Assembly (NCBI GenBank): GCA_021162545.1 | Contig: JAGGYM010000058.1 | Coordinates: 1-57,712 of the forward strand | From: Dehalococcoidia bacterium | Lineage (GTDB): Bacteria; Chloroflexota; Dehalococcoidia; GIF9; AB-539-J10 | Length of the DNA: 57,712 nt | Direction: 5' to 3' | Shown here: positions 1 to 9,770 of the stretch, piece after piece | How the letters are laid out: every line of letters begins with the position of its first letter | How positions within the stretch are numbered: position 1 is the stretch's first letter | Notes under the pieces: model-generated | What the model was told of the DNA's origin: nothing | Seen by the model: only the letters and a program-made list of their open reading frames with translations | Database searches by the model: none | Position numbers and translations under genes: made by a program

Positions 1-750
1 GATCTGGAGTGGCTCTATGACAGGCTCAAGAAGAAGGAGAAACTGCCCAGCACCGCTTTTGCTTCGCCATGGGAGACGTTACGGGTTTACCAGGAAGTAG
101 CTCGCCACTGTCAGTCGATTCTTTATATTTTTATGTCCTCATCCCTTACCAGGGGCTACCAGGCGGCTTTAGAGGCCAGGGAGATGGCCAGGGAAAGCCT
201 GCCAGGAGTGAGAATAGAAGTTGTTGATTCCCGTACGGTTGAGGCAGGAGAAACTCCTATCGTTATCGAGGCAGCCAGGGCAGCAAAGGAAGGCAAGGAT
301 CTCGACAATATCCTCGGCCTGGTTCAGGATAGAGTAGCGAAGGTGATCAATCTGCAGGCATTCGATACCCTCTTCTACAGGGACAAGATGGGCAGGATAT
401 TTAAGGCTAAACCCTGGGCCGATTCCGAGGCATCATGCCGCTTTAAGGCACTTCTTGAGATCGATGCCTCTACTAACGGGGTAACCAGGCCGGTAACGAG
501 GGCCAGGACCAAGAATCAGCTGCTGAGGAAGATGGTCGATATAGTTGTCGAGAGGGCCGGAGATAAAGGGATTCATGTTGCCATAGTTCACGCTAACGTC
601 CTTGAGCAGGCAGAGGCACTCAGGGAAATGCTTCTCTCGCGCTGCCAGTGCGATGAGCTTTGCGTCAGCGAGGCTTCCCCGGTAACGGCTGTTCAGACTG
701 GAGGCGGCTTGCTTTCGCTGGGATTCTATGGCAATGGTATCAGGCGGTGA
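1..750 (+). CDS. DegV family fatty-acid-binding protein (5' end outside window)
   Basis: Frame 1 is open from base 1 (DLEWLYDRLKKKEKLPSTAF...). DegV-like motifs: SSSLTRGYQAA, IEVVDSRT, MGRI, IVHAN, SPVTAVQTGGG. Confidence 0.85.
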   Translation, partial: DLEWLYDRLKKKEKLPSTAFASPWETLRVYQEVARHCQSILYIFMSSSLTRGYQAALEAREMARESLPGVRIEVVDSRTVEAGETPIVIEAARAAKEGKDLDNILGLVQDRVAKVINLQAFDTLFYRDKMGRIFKAKPWADSEASCRFKALLEIDASTNGVTRPVTRARTKNQLLRKMVDIVVERAGDKGIHVAIVHANVLEQAEALREMLLSRCQCDELCVSEASPVTAVQTGGGLLSLGFYGNGIRR

Positions 751-810
751 TAGTCCAGAATAGTTCCGGGCCAGCAGGTAGGCCAACATTGAGAAAGGAA
801 GGTTAAAACA

Positions 811-2001
811 ATGAAAATGGTGCTAAAGAAAGGAATCGTTTTGCTGCTGGCGGCAGTTTTCGCCCTTGGTGGGCTTGTTTCCTGTGCCAGCTATGGGCAG
901 GCAGAGTCATATAAGATAGGCGTCATTGCCTCACAGACGGGAGCCTACAGCGGGCTGGGAATGCAGTCGCTCGAAGGGATGGACATAATCGTCGATAAGA
1001 TCAACCTGGCAGGTGGCATAAATGGTATCCCTGTTGAGCTTGTGGTCTATGATGATAAGAGCAGCTCTGTCGAGGCGGCACGCATAGCCAAGAAGCTAGT
1101 AGATATAGATAAGGTTCACGCTCTCGCCAGTGGCACGGCAACGGCTATGTCTCGCAGCCTGGTCCCGGTGGCCAATGAAGAGCAAGTGCCCATGGTGATG
1201 CTTTCGGGCACCTCCTCTTTCGATGATGAGTTAGGGGCATGGTGTTTCAGGCCTTTTGGCAGCGAGGATGACTATATCGTGCTGTTGCTCAACTATTTGA
1301 GCAAAGAGGTGGGAGTTACCAAACTGGCTGTATTACTGGAGAACAGCGGCTATGGTCAGGGAGGAGATATATTTCTGCCCCAGCGAGTCTCTGATTATGG
1401 CATAGAGATTGTGGAGAAGCAGTACTTCAATCCCGACAGTATCGATTTGACGCCTCAACTGACAAATATAAAGACCTCTGATGCCGAGGCGATATTCATC
1501 TGGGGCACGGGCCCTGCGGGTGCCTTTGCAGTCAAGCAGGCGAGGGATTTGGATATAGCACTTCCTATAGTAGCAACATCTCCTCAGGGTTCTCCTGATG
1601 ACGTTAAAGCCTTTGGGAAGTACTATGAGATGGAGCCCTCCCTTGTCATCCTTGCTTCCAAGATCGACATCTGGGAGCAATTGCCTGATAGCGATTCCGA
1701 CAAGGCTATGTGCCAGGAGTTCGAAAGTTTGTGTGCCGAGAGAGGACATCCGGCAACTATGTGGAACATTGTCGGTGCCCAAATCATCATGCTGATCGAG
1801 GATGGCTTGAGAAGGGGGCAGCCCGATCTGGCAAACGTGCAGGAAGCCAGGAGCCAGCTCAAGGATGCCATAGAAAGCACTGGCAACCTCAGCCTCTTTA
1901 TGGCGAACTACACCATGTCTCCCACGGACCACTGCGGCAACGTGCTACCGAAGGACATGCTGGTTACCTTTAAGGATGGAAAGAAGGTTCTCGTGTCCTG
2001 A
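811..2001 (+). CDS. ABC transporter substrate-binding lipoprotein, branched-chain amino acid (LivJ/K-like) family
   Basis: Lipobox-like signal (GLVSC), KIGVIASQTG, INLAGGINGIPVELVVYDD, YGQGG motifs. Confidence 0.85.
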   Translation: MKMVLKKGIVLLLAAVFALGGLVSCASYGQAESYKIGVIASQTGAYSGLGMQSLEGMDIIVDKINLAGGINGIPVELVVYDDKSSSVEAARIAKKLVDIDKVHALASGTATAMSRSLVPVANEEQVPMVMLSGTSSFDDELGAWCFRPFGSEDDYIVLLLNYLSKEVGVTKLAVLLENSGYGQGGDIFLPQRVSDYGIEIVEKQYFNPDSIDLTPQLTNIKTSDAEAIFIWGTGPAGAFAVKQARDLDIALPIVATSPQGSPDDVKAFGKYYEMEPSLVILASKIDIWEQLPDSDSDKAMCQEFESLCAERGHPATMWNIVGAQIIMLIEDGLRRGQPDLANVQEARSQLKDAIESTGNLSLFMANYTMSPTDHCGNVLPKDMLVTFKDGKKVLVS

Positions 2002-2281
2002 TGCGCCCGATTAGCCATACCCCATATCAGAAGCTGCAATAGCATCCCGGTGTGATAGGGGCGCTGCCCCATACCGTTGAAACCAGAATCCAGAAGGCTT
2101 GTGCCCAGACGCCCTGTCACTTCCCTGAATATGTGCACCTCATCATCCTCTCCCATGAAGTCTGCCAGGGATAGCGTGGTCGAGTGGCCTCAACAATCGA
2201 TATAATTTATAATTGCAAATCCTGAGGAGGCAGCGAGATGACTCCAATCAGCAAGGAAATACGTGAGAAAGGTAGAAATTG

Positions 2282-2593
2282 ATGGCAGATAGCATTTCAA
2301 CACAGCAGGTTCAGCAGGCACTGAAAGAGGTCAGGCATCCCGAAATCAACAATACGCTCTCCAATCTGGGCATGCTTGGAGACGTCAGTATCACAGGTAA
2401 CAGAGTTACGGTTACCCTGATGCTTCCCGTCCTGGAGATACCTGCCCAGGTCAGGGACCATCTGACAAATACCCTGAGCCAAGCACTGGTTGCTCTGAAC
2501 GCAGACCTGCAAGCAGAGTTCAACCTGGTGGAGATGGGGCAGGAGAAACGCGCCAAATTCCTCGCCATGGCCCGCGAGGGTTGGTTAGGCTAG
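2282..2593 (+). CDS. DUF59 / Fe-S cluster assembly (SufT-like) domain protein
   Basis: ALKEVRHPEINNTLSNLGML...VTVTL pattern typical of DUF59. Confidence 0.7.
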   Translation: MADSISTQQVQQALKEVRHPEINNTLSNLGMLGDVSITGNRVTVTLMLPVLEIPAQVRDHLTNTLSQALVALNADLQAEFNLVEMGQEKRAKFLAMAREGWLG

Positions 2594-2686
2594 GATAAGG
2601 ACAACTCAACCGGTTGGGAGGAACCCCTCAAACGGCCTTTTTGCCAGGCCCAGCGTGATGATTACTCCAAGGAGCCTCTTTGAGCT

Positions 2687-3085
2687 TTACTCCTGGCTTT
2701 CCGGCAGTTGTGGCTGGGGAGAGCCAGACGTGAACTCATCTTTGCCCAGTGACACGAAGATAATGGCCAGTATTCCCAGGACGAGATAGGGCACCAGGGC
2801 ACAGATGGCTCCCGCCAGCGCCAGCCCCCACAACCTTCGCTTCAGCGAATAGATGCCGCCTACTATGGATACCGCACCCAGCACGATTATGGGTATGGCC
2901 GCGACGGTAAGAATTGACATAATACTAGAACCAACCATGGGTGGAATTTGCAGCGATGGGTCAGAAAAGATACAGGCGAATGTTCCTCCCATTACAAGAA
3001 GCAATATGCCGGCGATAACGACCAGAGATCCCGCAATGATGCTCAATATCCCCGCGGTAGTTGGTTTCCAGGTCTTGTTTTCCAT
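2687..3085 (-). CDS. Small multi-pass membrane protein; paralog of 22684-23028
   Basis: Starts MENKTWKPTTAGIL behind a GGAGG SD. Hydrophobic helices. Shares KTWKP.TAGIL, GGIYSLKR..WGLALAGAIC and ILAIIFVS.GK.EF with the paralog. Confidence 0.8.
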   Translation of the reverse strand: MENKTWKPTTAGILSIIAGSLVVIAGILLLVMGGTFACIFSDPSLQIPPMVGSSIMSILTVAAIPIIVLGAVSIVGGIYSLKRRLWGLALAGAICALVPYLVLGILAIIFVSLGKDEFTSGSPQPQLPESQE

Positions 3086-3346
3086 TTGCCACCTCCCTAT
3101 TCTATCTTTGTCGTCATCATTGTAACATTTGCTGGCAGATGAGCAAATGCTTTTATCCACGTCCACATTCATTTTATGCCCTCTCGCCATAGCGGACACT
3201 TTTCGTCATCGCGCGCGAAGCGGAGCAATTTCAGGCGGACGATTGACAACCAATGGGCAAGGTTGCTAGTGTTTCCCCAAGGATATCTCTACCAGGGGAG
3301 GAAGCAATCACAGCAAAGCGCGATTGAAAGAGTGGTTGAAAGAAGA

Positions 3347-3871
3347 ATGGGTACGGTGAATAACGAGAAAGTTCTCTATCGCGAAGTTCAGCACTTCCGC
3401 CAGGCGTGGTTGTGGGCTTTCCTGATCGCCATTTTGCTCATGGCTGTATATTCCATAGTTCAGCAAATGGCCTGGGGCAGGCCATTTGGCAGCAATCCCG
3501 CACCGAATGTTATCCTGATGGTGATAGTAGCCATTTTTGGCGTTGCTTTCCCCACTTTTTTCTACCTGATGAACCTGACCACGGAAGTTCACGGCGATGG
3601 CCTCTACTTTCGCTTCTTCCCTTTCCACCGTTCCTTTCGCGTAATCCCATGGAGAAATTTGAAAGAATGTGGAGTGCGGAATTACAGCGCTCTCAGAGAT
3701 TACGGTGGCTGGGGCATCCGGTATGGCAGGGAAGGCAAGGCCTATAACGTCAGTGGCAATCGCGGAGTGCAACTAAGACTAACCAACGGCGACATGATTT
3801 TGATCGGTTCTCAGCGGCCGGAAGAACTCTTTGAAGCCATTGATCTGGCCATTTCACACGGCAGCAGATAA
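3347..3871 (+). CDS. Membrane protein, DUF6141-like
   Basis: YREVQHFRQ, two TM helices, RFFPFH, YGGWGIR, KAYNVSGNRGVQL and IGSQRPEEL motifs. Start moved to the MGTVNN ATG. Confidence 0.75.
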   Translation: MGTVNNEKVLYREVQHFRQAWLWAFLIAILLMAVYSIVQQMAWGRPFGSNPAPNVILMVIVAIFGVAFPTFFYLMNLTTEVHGDGLYFRFFPFHRSFRVIPWRNLKECGVRNYSALRDYGGWGIRYGREGKAYNVSGNRGVQLRLTNGDMILIGSQRPEELFEAIDLAISHGSR

Positions 3872-3978
3872 AGACATCGTCATGGTGAAGATTGTTGTCG
3901 GTGAGCTTTTGGATATGCTGTATACTGTTTAACGCTGTGGTGAAAGGACACATTCCAGGACGATGACAGGAAAGCTGC

Positions 3979-4767
3979 TTACCTGCGGCAACATCCGTCC
4001 AGAAGAGAGCTAACCTCCTGAAAGGAAATTTCACGCACCTGTCCTTCCCTCAGTACACCTATTTTGAATGTTCCCATGCGAACCCGCTTCAGCGCCAGCA
4101 CGGAATGCCCCAGACTGTCGAACATGCGGCGCACCTGTCGCTTCCTGCCCTCGCGTATCGTCAAGCTGTAATTGAAAGGTGGCGATGCATTTACTTCCTT
4201 TACCACGGCGGAACTGGTGATGCCATCTTCCAGGAGAATGCCCCCTCTAAGTTTCTCTTTCTCCTTTGGCTTAAGTCTGCCCTCGATGGATATGAGATAT
4301 TCCTTCTCGTGATTGAATTTGGGATGCGTAAGCCGGTAGGTTAGCCTGCCATCGTTGGTGAGAAGCAGCAAGCCAGTACTATCCCTGTCCAGTCGTCCCA
4401 CGGGGTGCAGTCTCAGGTCTCGATATTTTGAAGGCAATATGTCCATGACCGTTTCGCGGCCACGGTCGTCTCTCGTCGTGGAAATGACGCCTGCAGGTTT
4501 GTTGAGCATCAGGTAAACAGGAGCTTCGGCTTTCAGCTTGACCTGCTCATCCCCTATAGTGACGGTGTCCCCTTCCACATCCACAGGGTGCAAAAGGTCC
4601 TCTACTGTCTCACCATTCACCCGTACATTGCCCTGCATTATGGCGCAGGCCACTCGTCGCCGGGAGCCTGCCCCACAGCTTAGCAGCACCCTGAGCAGCG
4701 TCATTGGTTTCTCTTCACTCCGTTTCATTTCTTTCCCGGGTTTCTTTCCCTTCGATTCTCCAGACAC
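3979..4767 (-). CDS. rRNA pseudouridine synthase, RsuA/RluB family
   Basis: S4-like N-terminus (SRR), LNKPAG, catalytic GRLD, LLLTNDG, EGRKRQVRRM. Confidence 0.93.
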   Translation of the reverse strand: MSGESKGKKPGKEMKRSEEKPMTLLRVLLSCGAGSRRRVACAIMQGNVRVNGETVEDLLHPVDVEGDTVTIGDEQVKLKAEAPVYLMLNKPAGVISTTRDDRGRETVMDILPSKYRDLRLHPVGRLDRDSTGLLLLTNDGRLTYRLTHPKFNHEKEYLISIEGRLKPKEKEKLRGGILLEDGITSSAVVKEVNASPPFNYSLTIREGRKRQVRRMFDSLGHSVLALKRVRMGTFKIGVLREGQVREISFQEVSSLLDGCCRR

Positions 4768-4919
4768 ATCAGCGGTTTTATTCTGTATCGCGGTGGTCGC
4801 TGGATTTAGATTTGCTCTGGTTTTCTCCGTCTAATCTTAGCTGCCCCGGCAAATTCTGTCACCTGCCACCACGGCACGGCCAGACAGGGTCACCGGCGAG
4901 AACACTCCAGCGCTGTGCT

Positions 4920-5150
4920 TATAGAGCATTGGGCTTCTTCGTCACCCTGGCGGGGGTAAGCATCGCCCTGCATTTTGTCTTTCTCCTGCCGGGAAAGTTC
5001 CTTCAAACCGTTGTCTTTGAAGGATTTCTCTTGAGACTCCTGGGAGGCGCGCTCGGTTTCTTCCAGGCAGCTATAGGGCTGGTGGTGGTTGCCCTCCTGG
5101 TTTATGCCTACCCCATTACGGAGTGGCTGAAACAAGCGGTGGTAAATTAG
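4920..5150 (+). pseudogene. Possible remnant (C-terminal half) of a CvpA-like membrane protein
   Basis: Hydrophobic frame LGFFVTLAGVSIAL...RLLGGALGFFQAAIGLVV with no convincing start or SD. RLLGG resembles the CvpA motif. Confidence 0.35.
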
Positions 5151-5203
5151 AGCTTCTTCCGGTGACAGGGGCAGCATATCCGGAGTTTATGGTTTTGCCG
5201 GGG

Positions 5204-5467
5204 CTACTCCTTCCGTTCCAGCTTTATGGTTACCGCGTTGGCAGCGTCAGGGCAGTCGAATTCAGGAAGCCCTCCCTCGCCTGGCCACGTTCCGCCGCAT
5301 TGCAGCATGATGATATAGGGAAAGATACTGTGGTAGAAATAACCACACAGTCCATCGGCAGTGCGCCCGTGCAGTTCAAAACTGTCTCCCTCCTTATGCC
5401 CCATGGCACAATTCCCCCTCGTCCTGGTGATGCTCCCGATTACCCTGCATCCAAAGTTCTCCGCCAT
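5204..5467 (-). CDS. TIGR04076 family protein
   Basis: GNCAMGHKEGDSF, GLC, FPYIIMLQCGG and CPD motifs; GGAGG SD. Confidence 0.85.
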   Translation of the reverse strand: MAENFGCRVIGSITRTRGNCAMGHKEGDSFELHGRTADGLCGYFYHSIFPYIIMLQCGGTWPGEGGLPEFDCPDAANAVTIKLERKE

Positions 5468-5544
5468 TTTGATAGCCCTCCTCTATGATATTCTTCTTCC
5501 CATAAGAGCATGGAAATAAGGGTGGTTGCGCATAGACAACGTGG

Positions 5545-5572
5545 AAAGAGGCAGGCTTCCGCCTGCCTCTTT
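5545..5572. terminator. GC-rich hairpin, probable intrinsic terminator
   Basis: AAAGAGGCAGGC-TTCC-GCCTGCCTCTTT, a perfect 12-bp stem. Confidence 0.65.
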
Positions 5573-5672
5573 ATTTTCCTGGAAGTGGTAACTGCACCAG
5601 CAATTTACCACCTGAGCTATGGAAAGCCTCCATCCTTTTGCTCAGAAAAGATGGATGAAGGTCTCCTGGCAG

Positions 5673-5816
5673 CTAAGCTTTCCCAATGCGGAATACTTTT
5701 GTGCCGCAGACGGCGCAGGTGCCCTGAGTGGCTGGCCTTCCGTTCTTAAGTGTGATTTGCTTGGGGTCTTTGATTTCCACCTTCTTCCTGCACTTCATGC
5801 AATAAGCTGTCGCCAT
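5673..5816 (-). CDS. DUF5679-like small zinc-ribbon protein (47 aa; not in ORF track)
   Basis: Hand translation MATAYCMKCRKKVEIKDPKQITLKNGRPATQGTCAVCGTKVFRIGKA*. Two CxxC pairs; AGGAGG SD upstream. Confidence 0.88.
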   Translation of the reverse strand: MATAYCMKCRKKVEIKDPKQITLKNGRPATQGTCAVCGTKVFRIGKA

Positions 5817-6210
5817 GGCATCTCCCTCCTCTTTACAAGATTTCCCTTATTCTTACCACAGGGGAAGCCCTACGTCAATAGCACAAGCCTGGTAAAAGCT
5901 TTTTCCTGGCTATTTTTCTGCTATGAGTGTGTCCGAGTAACATCTTAGTCAAAGCTAACCGGGACTGGAAAACAAGCTGCTCCAGCTATGGGGATGGAAT
6001 TGCTTAGACAAGCTCCCGGGAGCACCGGTGGCAGCCACCTCAAGACGGCGTTTGCCTGATATACAAAGAGACCGAGACGAAATTATCAGCCAGGCGTGCC
6101 TGAAACCTGTTTTTCCTGCGCGGATAGCTATGGGGCTTGACAGCCATCTATCGAGAACTTTAACATAGCCACAAGGACTAAAAGAGGAAAACTTAGCATA
6201 ATTTATTGAC

Positions 6211-6876
6211 ATGTTGGTTAATATCGCCTGGATCGCTGGAAGTTATCTTTTCGGTACGATTCCCTTTCTTGCTGCTCTGGCCAGGGCGAGCGGACTGAAC
6301 CCCTCACAGGAGGAAGACCTGCATATTGCCTTATGGCATAAAGTTGGCAAAGGCAGGGCTTTGCTGGGGGGCGCTGCTGACTTTATCAAGGGAATCATTC
6401 CTGTACTCGTTACTTTTAGCTTCGAGCTTCCGGTCATCGTGATTGCTTTTTCTGGCGCGGCTGCCATGGCAGGACAGATGTGGCCGCCTTCGCGCTCCGG
6501 CCACGGTGAGAGGGGCAATACCACTGGGGGAGGTGCCGTAATCACCCTGGCGCTGATGTTTCAAGCGTACTTCATTTTTCTTGCTCTCATACCCGCCATT
6601 GCCGGTGTTTCTCTGGCTCTGTTTCGCGAAACGGGCCCTTCAAAGTGGCTGCCCGTGGGCGCGCTTATAGGCTTCGCCGTGGCTCCCCTGGCTTCCTGGC
6701 TGTCTGGACAACCAGGGCACCTGACTCTGGGCCTTCTCGTCATACTCATTCTCATCGTAGTGCGGCGGGTAACCGCAGAGCTCAGGAGCGACCTCAAAAA
6801 GGACAGCGGTACCGGTAGAATATTGCTCAACAGATTTATTTTCGATCAGCCGTTTCTGGAAGGAGAAAAAAAATAG
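6211..6876 (+). CDS. plsY: Glycerol-3-phosphate acyltransferase PlsY family (divergent)
   Basis: SYLFGTIP, DFIKG, GQMWP and GERGNTT motifs; multi-TM. Confidence 0.75.
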   Translation: MLVNIAWIAGSYLFGTIPFLAALARASGLNPSQEEDLHIALWHKVGKGRALLGGAADFIKGIIPVLVTFSFELPVIVIAFSGAAAMAGQMWPPSRSGHGERGNTTGGGAVITLALMFQAYFIFLALIPAIAGVSLALFRETGPSKWLPVGALIGFAVAPLASWLSGQPGHLTLGLLVILILIVVRRVTAELRSDLKKDSGTGRILLNRFIFDQPFLEGEKK

Positions 6877-6948
6877 ACGCCTCCCTCCGGTTACCCCGGA
6901 AAACATCACGGAGATCGTCTTCAATTGACAGGTCACGGGAAAATTGTT

Positions 6949-7281
6949 ATGAGCTTTCCTGAAAGCATCGTTCAAAAAGTCTGGGAAAAGGGAATTATCA
7001 ATCTTACCAGCAACCCTGATATATGGCGTCAGGATATGTGCGGCGCCTGGATCGTCAGGGATGATTATGGCGATCGGAATTCACCGTACGGCTGGAAGAT
7101 AACCCGCATAGAACAGAAACCGAAAGCAGGTGGAGATGAAGTTGCTCATCTCCAGCCTCTCCACTGGGGAAACGAAGCCTCTGGTCAGGATGGAATCCTT
7201 ACCTGCAAAGTAGGGGCATGGGGAATAACGAACGTCCACCGGCGACAGGGCACTCAGACGGATATCGTCCTGCCGCAATGA
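6949..7281 (+). CDS. HNH endonuclease-like small protein, catalytic motif degenerate
   Basis: QKVWEKG...WRQDMCGAWI...YG.RNSPYGW...GG...LQPLHWGN matches a small HNH family, but IDH is ITR here. Confidence 0.6.
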   Translation: MSFPESIVQKVWEKGIINLTSNPDIWRQDMCGAWIVRDDYGDRNSPYGWKITRIEQKPKAGGDEVAHLQPLHWGNEASGQDGILTCKVGAWGITNVHRRQGTQTDIVLPQ

Positions 7282-8468
7282 GGGCATCGGACCCTGTTCC
7301 CACGGAACCCCGGCGGCAGCCTCAGTCTGGTACCGCATTCACAGTCTATCGTCCTGTACTTGTTGACCTTCCATAGCGCATCCGAAGTTTCCCGTTTGCG
7401 CTGCATCTCACCGGGTTCCTTTTTCCCCGCTGCGGGACTTGCTGCTCGCAGTGAAATCGCTCCCGCCGCGGAGATGGCAGAGCCGGGTATAATTCCTCTC
7501 CCGCCTTTCTGGTGAATCTGTTGGTAAGCCCGGTCGTATTCAGAGGGAGAGGCACCTCCCATGGCGCGGAGAATGCGTATCCTTTCCGAGATGGGTGGGT
7601 GAGTGCTGGAAAGGTCACTGGCCGCCATGCCTTTTTTGCGGAAGGGATTGACGATGTACATCGGCGCGGTGGCCTTGTTGGCCGATTTCAGCTGACAGGT
7701 GGAGGCACCCAGCTTTTCCAGCGCGGATGCCAGTCCATCGGGGTATCTGGTATAGAGGGCGGAAGAGGCATCGGCCAGGTATTCCCTCTTGCGGGAAACG
7801 GCAAAGTAAATCAGCTGTGCTGCGATCGGCGCCAGTATCATCAGCAGGAGGGCCACGGCGAGAATTATCAGCTGAGCTGCGCCACCGCCACCCTGAGAGG
7901 AAGAAGTTCTCCTCCCTCCGACCATAGCGTTGAAGAACATCACGCGCGAGGCGTACCAGGAGAGGATAACGATGGTTCCCAGGAGTATGCTGCACATGGT
8001 CATCAGCAGGACATCGCGGTTCTTGATATGGGCTAATTCGTGGCCGATGACGCCCTGGAGTTCATCGCGATTGAGCTTCTCCAGCAGGCCGGAGGTAACC
8101 GCCACCGCAGCCTTGTTGATGTCCCGTCCGGTGGCGAAGGCATTCAATGCCTGATCGTCGATGATGTATATGTCGGGCATCTTCTCCAAACCGGAGGCGA
8201 TTTTCATCTCCTCAACCACGTTATAGAGGCGGGGATGGTCATCCCTGCTTATTTTCTTTGCCTTTGCCATTCCCAGGAGTATGCTGTCGCCCTGGAAGTA
8301 GCCCACCAGATTCAATATGGCCCACACTACCAGGGCAATAATCAGGCCACCCATGCCGTTGCCAAAGAAATAAAGTCCCAGGACATAGCCAATAACGACC
8401 AGCAAGAGGGCCATGGCCACCACCAGTATCACCGATTTTCTCTGGTTGGATCCTATCTGTTCCCACAT
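7254..8468 (-). CDS. htpX: M48 zinc metalloprotease (HtpX-like) with C-terminal zinc ribbon
   Basis: NAFATG, HELAH (HExxH), SRKREYLAD, STHPP; C-terminal CECG...CPHCG. Confidence 0.9.
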   Translation of the reverse strand: MWEQIGSNQRKSVILVVAMALLLVVIGYVLGLYFFGNGMGGLIIALVVWAILNLVGYFQGDSILLGMAKAKKISRDDHPRLYNVVEEMKIASGLEKMPDIYIIDDQALNAFATGRDINKAAVAVTSGLLEKLNRDELQGVIGHELAHIKNRDVLLMTMCSILLGTIVILSWYASRVMFFNAMVGGRRTSSSQGGGGAAQLIILAVALLLMILAPIAAQLIYFAVSRKREYLADASSALYTRYPDGLASALEKLGASTCQLKSANKATAPMYIVNPFRKKGMAASDLSSTHPPISERIRILRAMGGASPSEYDRAYQQIHQKGGRGIIPGSAISAAGAISLRAASPAAGKKEPGEMQRKRETSDALWKVNKYRTIDCECGTRLRLPPGFRGNRVRCPHCGRTISV

Positions 8469-8486
8469 GGCTGAATGGCTCTTGTC

Positions 8487-9050
8487 CTAGGTGAAACTGA
8501 CTTTGGGCGTTTCCTTCTCGGCCGCTACCGTAATTTCAAAGAAATCATCGGCCTTGAAACCGGCCATGCCGGCTACCAGGCTGGAGGGAAATACCATGGT
8601 CTGGTTATTATATCTCAGCACGGAATCGTTGTAGTACTGACGGGAGAAGCTTATCTTATTCTCCGTCGAGGTGAGCTCTTCCTGCAGAGCCAGGAAATTC
8701 TGATTGGCCTTGAGGTCGGGGTAGCTTTCAGCTACGGCGATGAGCTTGCCCAGGGCAGCGCCCAGCTCGCTCTCGGCTCTGGAACGGACGCCCGCTCCCG
8801 AGGATGCTACCTGCTGGGCGAGATTGCGCGCCTTGGTTACGGCTTCCAGTGTCTCCCGCTCGTGTTTCATATAGCCCTTGACCGTTTCCATCAGATTGGG
8901 AATGAGGTCATGCCGTCGCTTGAGCTGTACGTCTATTTGCGCCCAGGCGTTCTTTACCTGGTTGCGCAACTTGACCAGCGCGTTGTAGAGAGCAACGAAG
9001 ATAACCGCGAGAATTACTACAATGCCACCAATTATGTAAGCTGCTAACAC
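8487..9050 (-). CDS. lemA: LemA family protein
   Basis: N-terminal TM, YNALV, AWAQIDVQLKRRHDLIPNL, ESYPDLKAN, YYND. Confidence 0.95.
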   Translation of the reverse strand: MLAAYIIGGIVVILAVIFVALYNALVKLRNQVKNAWAQIDVQLKRRHDLIPNLMETVKGYMKHERETLEAVTKARNLAQQVASSGAGVRSRAESELGAALGKLIAVAESYPDLKANQNFLALQEELTSTENKISFSRQYYNDSVLRYNNQTMVFPSSLVAGMAGFKADDFFEITVAAEKETPKVSFT

Positions 9051-9119
9051 TAAACACCTCCCTGAGAGTTCGCCTGTAATTTGCTTAAGGGATATTTCTC
9101 CAATGTTCTCCCACCTGAA

Positions 9120-9542
9120 CTATTCCTGTGCATGGAACACCTCTCCGAGGAAATTGATGATCTTCTGTGGCTCATTTTGTTCTTTTCCCGGACTCTTCAC
9201 CAGATGTTTTAGTAACTGCGCCAGCTCCCCACCATCAAACCAGAGCCCATCACCCCTGTCACAAACATCGATGAGCGTTCCAGGTTCCTTGCCCAGAATC
9301 GTCTTCTTCATTCTATGTCCACAGATAGGGCAACGGCGCTTCTTCTCCGATGATATCGCTTCAGGGAACTTGATGATTTCCGCAAGGCAAAGGCCGTGTC
9401 CTGCTATCTCCAGGGATTGCAGCATCAGCGCCAGCTCCCCTGCATCGAACCACACCCCACCACAGTCAAGGCAGTGATCGAGCTCGATGTCCTTGTACTC
9501 AACCACTATCATGTCGCTTTTACAGACAGGGCATATCATCAC
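9120..9542 (-). CDS. Double zf-TFIIB-like zinc-ribbon protein
   Basis: CPVC...LDHCLDCGGVWFDAGEL, repeated as CPIC...IDVCDRGDGLWFDGGEL. Confidence 0.85.
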   Translation of the reverse strand: MMICPVCKSDMIVVEYKDIELDHCLDCGGVWFDAGELALMLQSLEIAGHGLCLAEIIKFPEAISSEKKRRCPICGHRMKKTILGKEPGTLIDVCDRGDGLWFDGGELAQLLKHLVKSPGKEQNEPQKIINFLGEVFHAQE

Positions 9543-9668
9543 AATCCATCCTCACAGGTGATTGCCGATAGTTTATGGCCTACTGGGAAGGGGTGTCAAG
9601 TAAATTGTTTAACCAGAGAATCTTCCTAAGGAGATGCCTGCTTATCAAGTCCATGAATTGTATATTTC

Positions 9669-9697
9669 TTGACAGAGTTAAGCTGTTTGGCTAGAAT
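9669..9697 (+). promoter_or_regulatory. Sigma70-type promoter, leader copy 1
   Basis: TTGACA-17 bp-TAGAAT; the same arrangement is present in copy 2. Confidence 0.75.
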
Positions 9698-9770
9698 GAA
9701 ACCCTCGCCAGTTCAGGATGGGGTGGTTGTTCTGGACACCGGGGCAGAAATAAAATAAAAGGAGGATTTT

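Noticed and set aside
5955-6210. Intergenic region with repeated AGCTATGGGG, considered as an ncRNA or small gene
   Set aside because: Only a 10-bp repeat; no convincing structure, SD or protein-like ORF.
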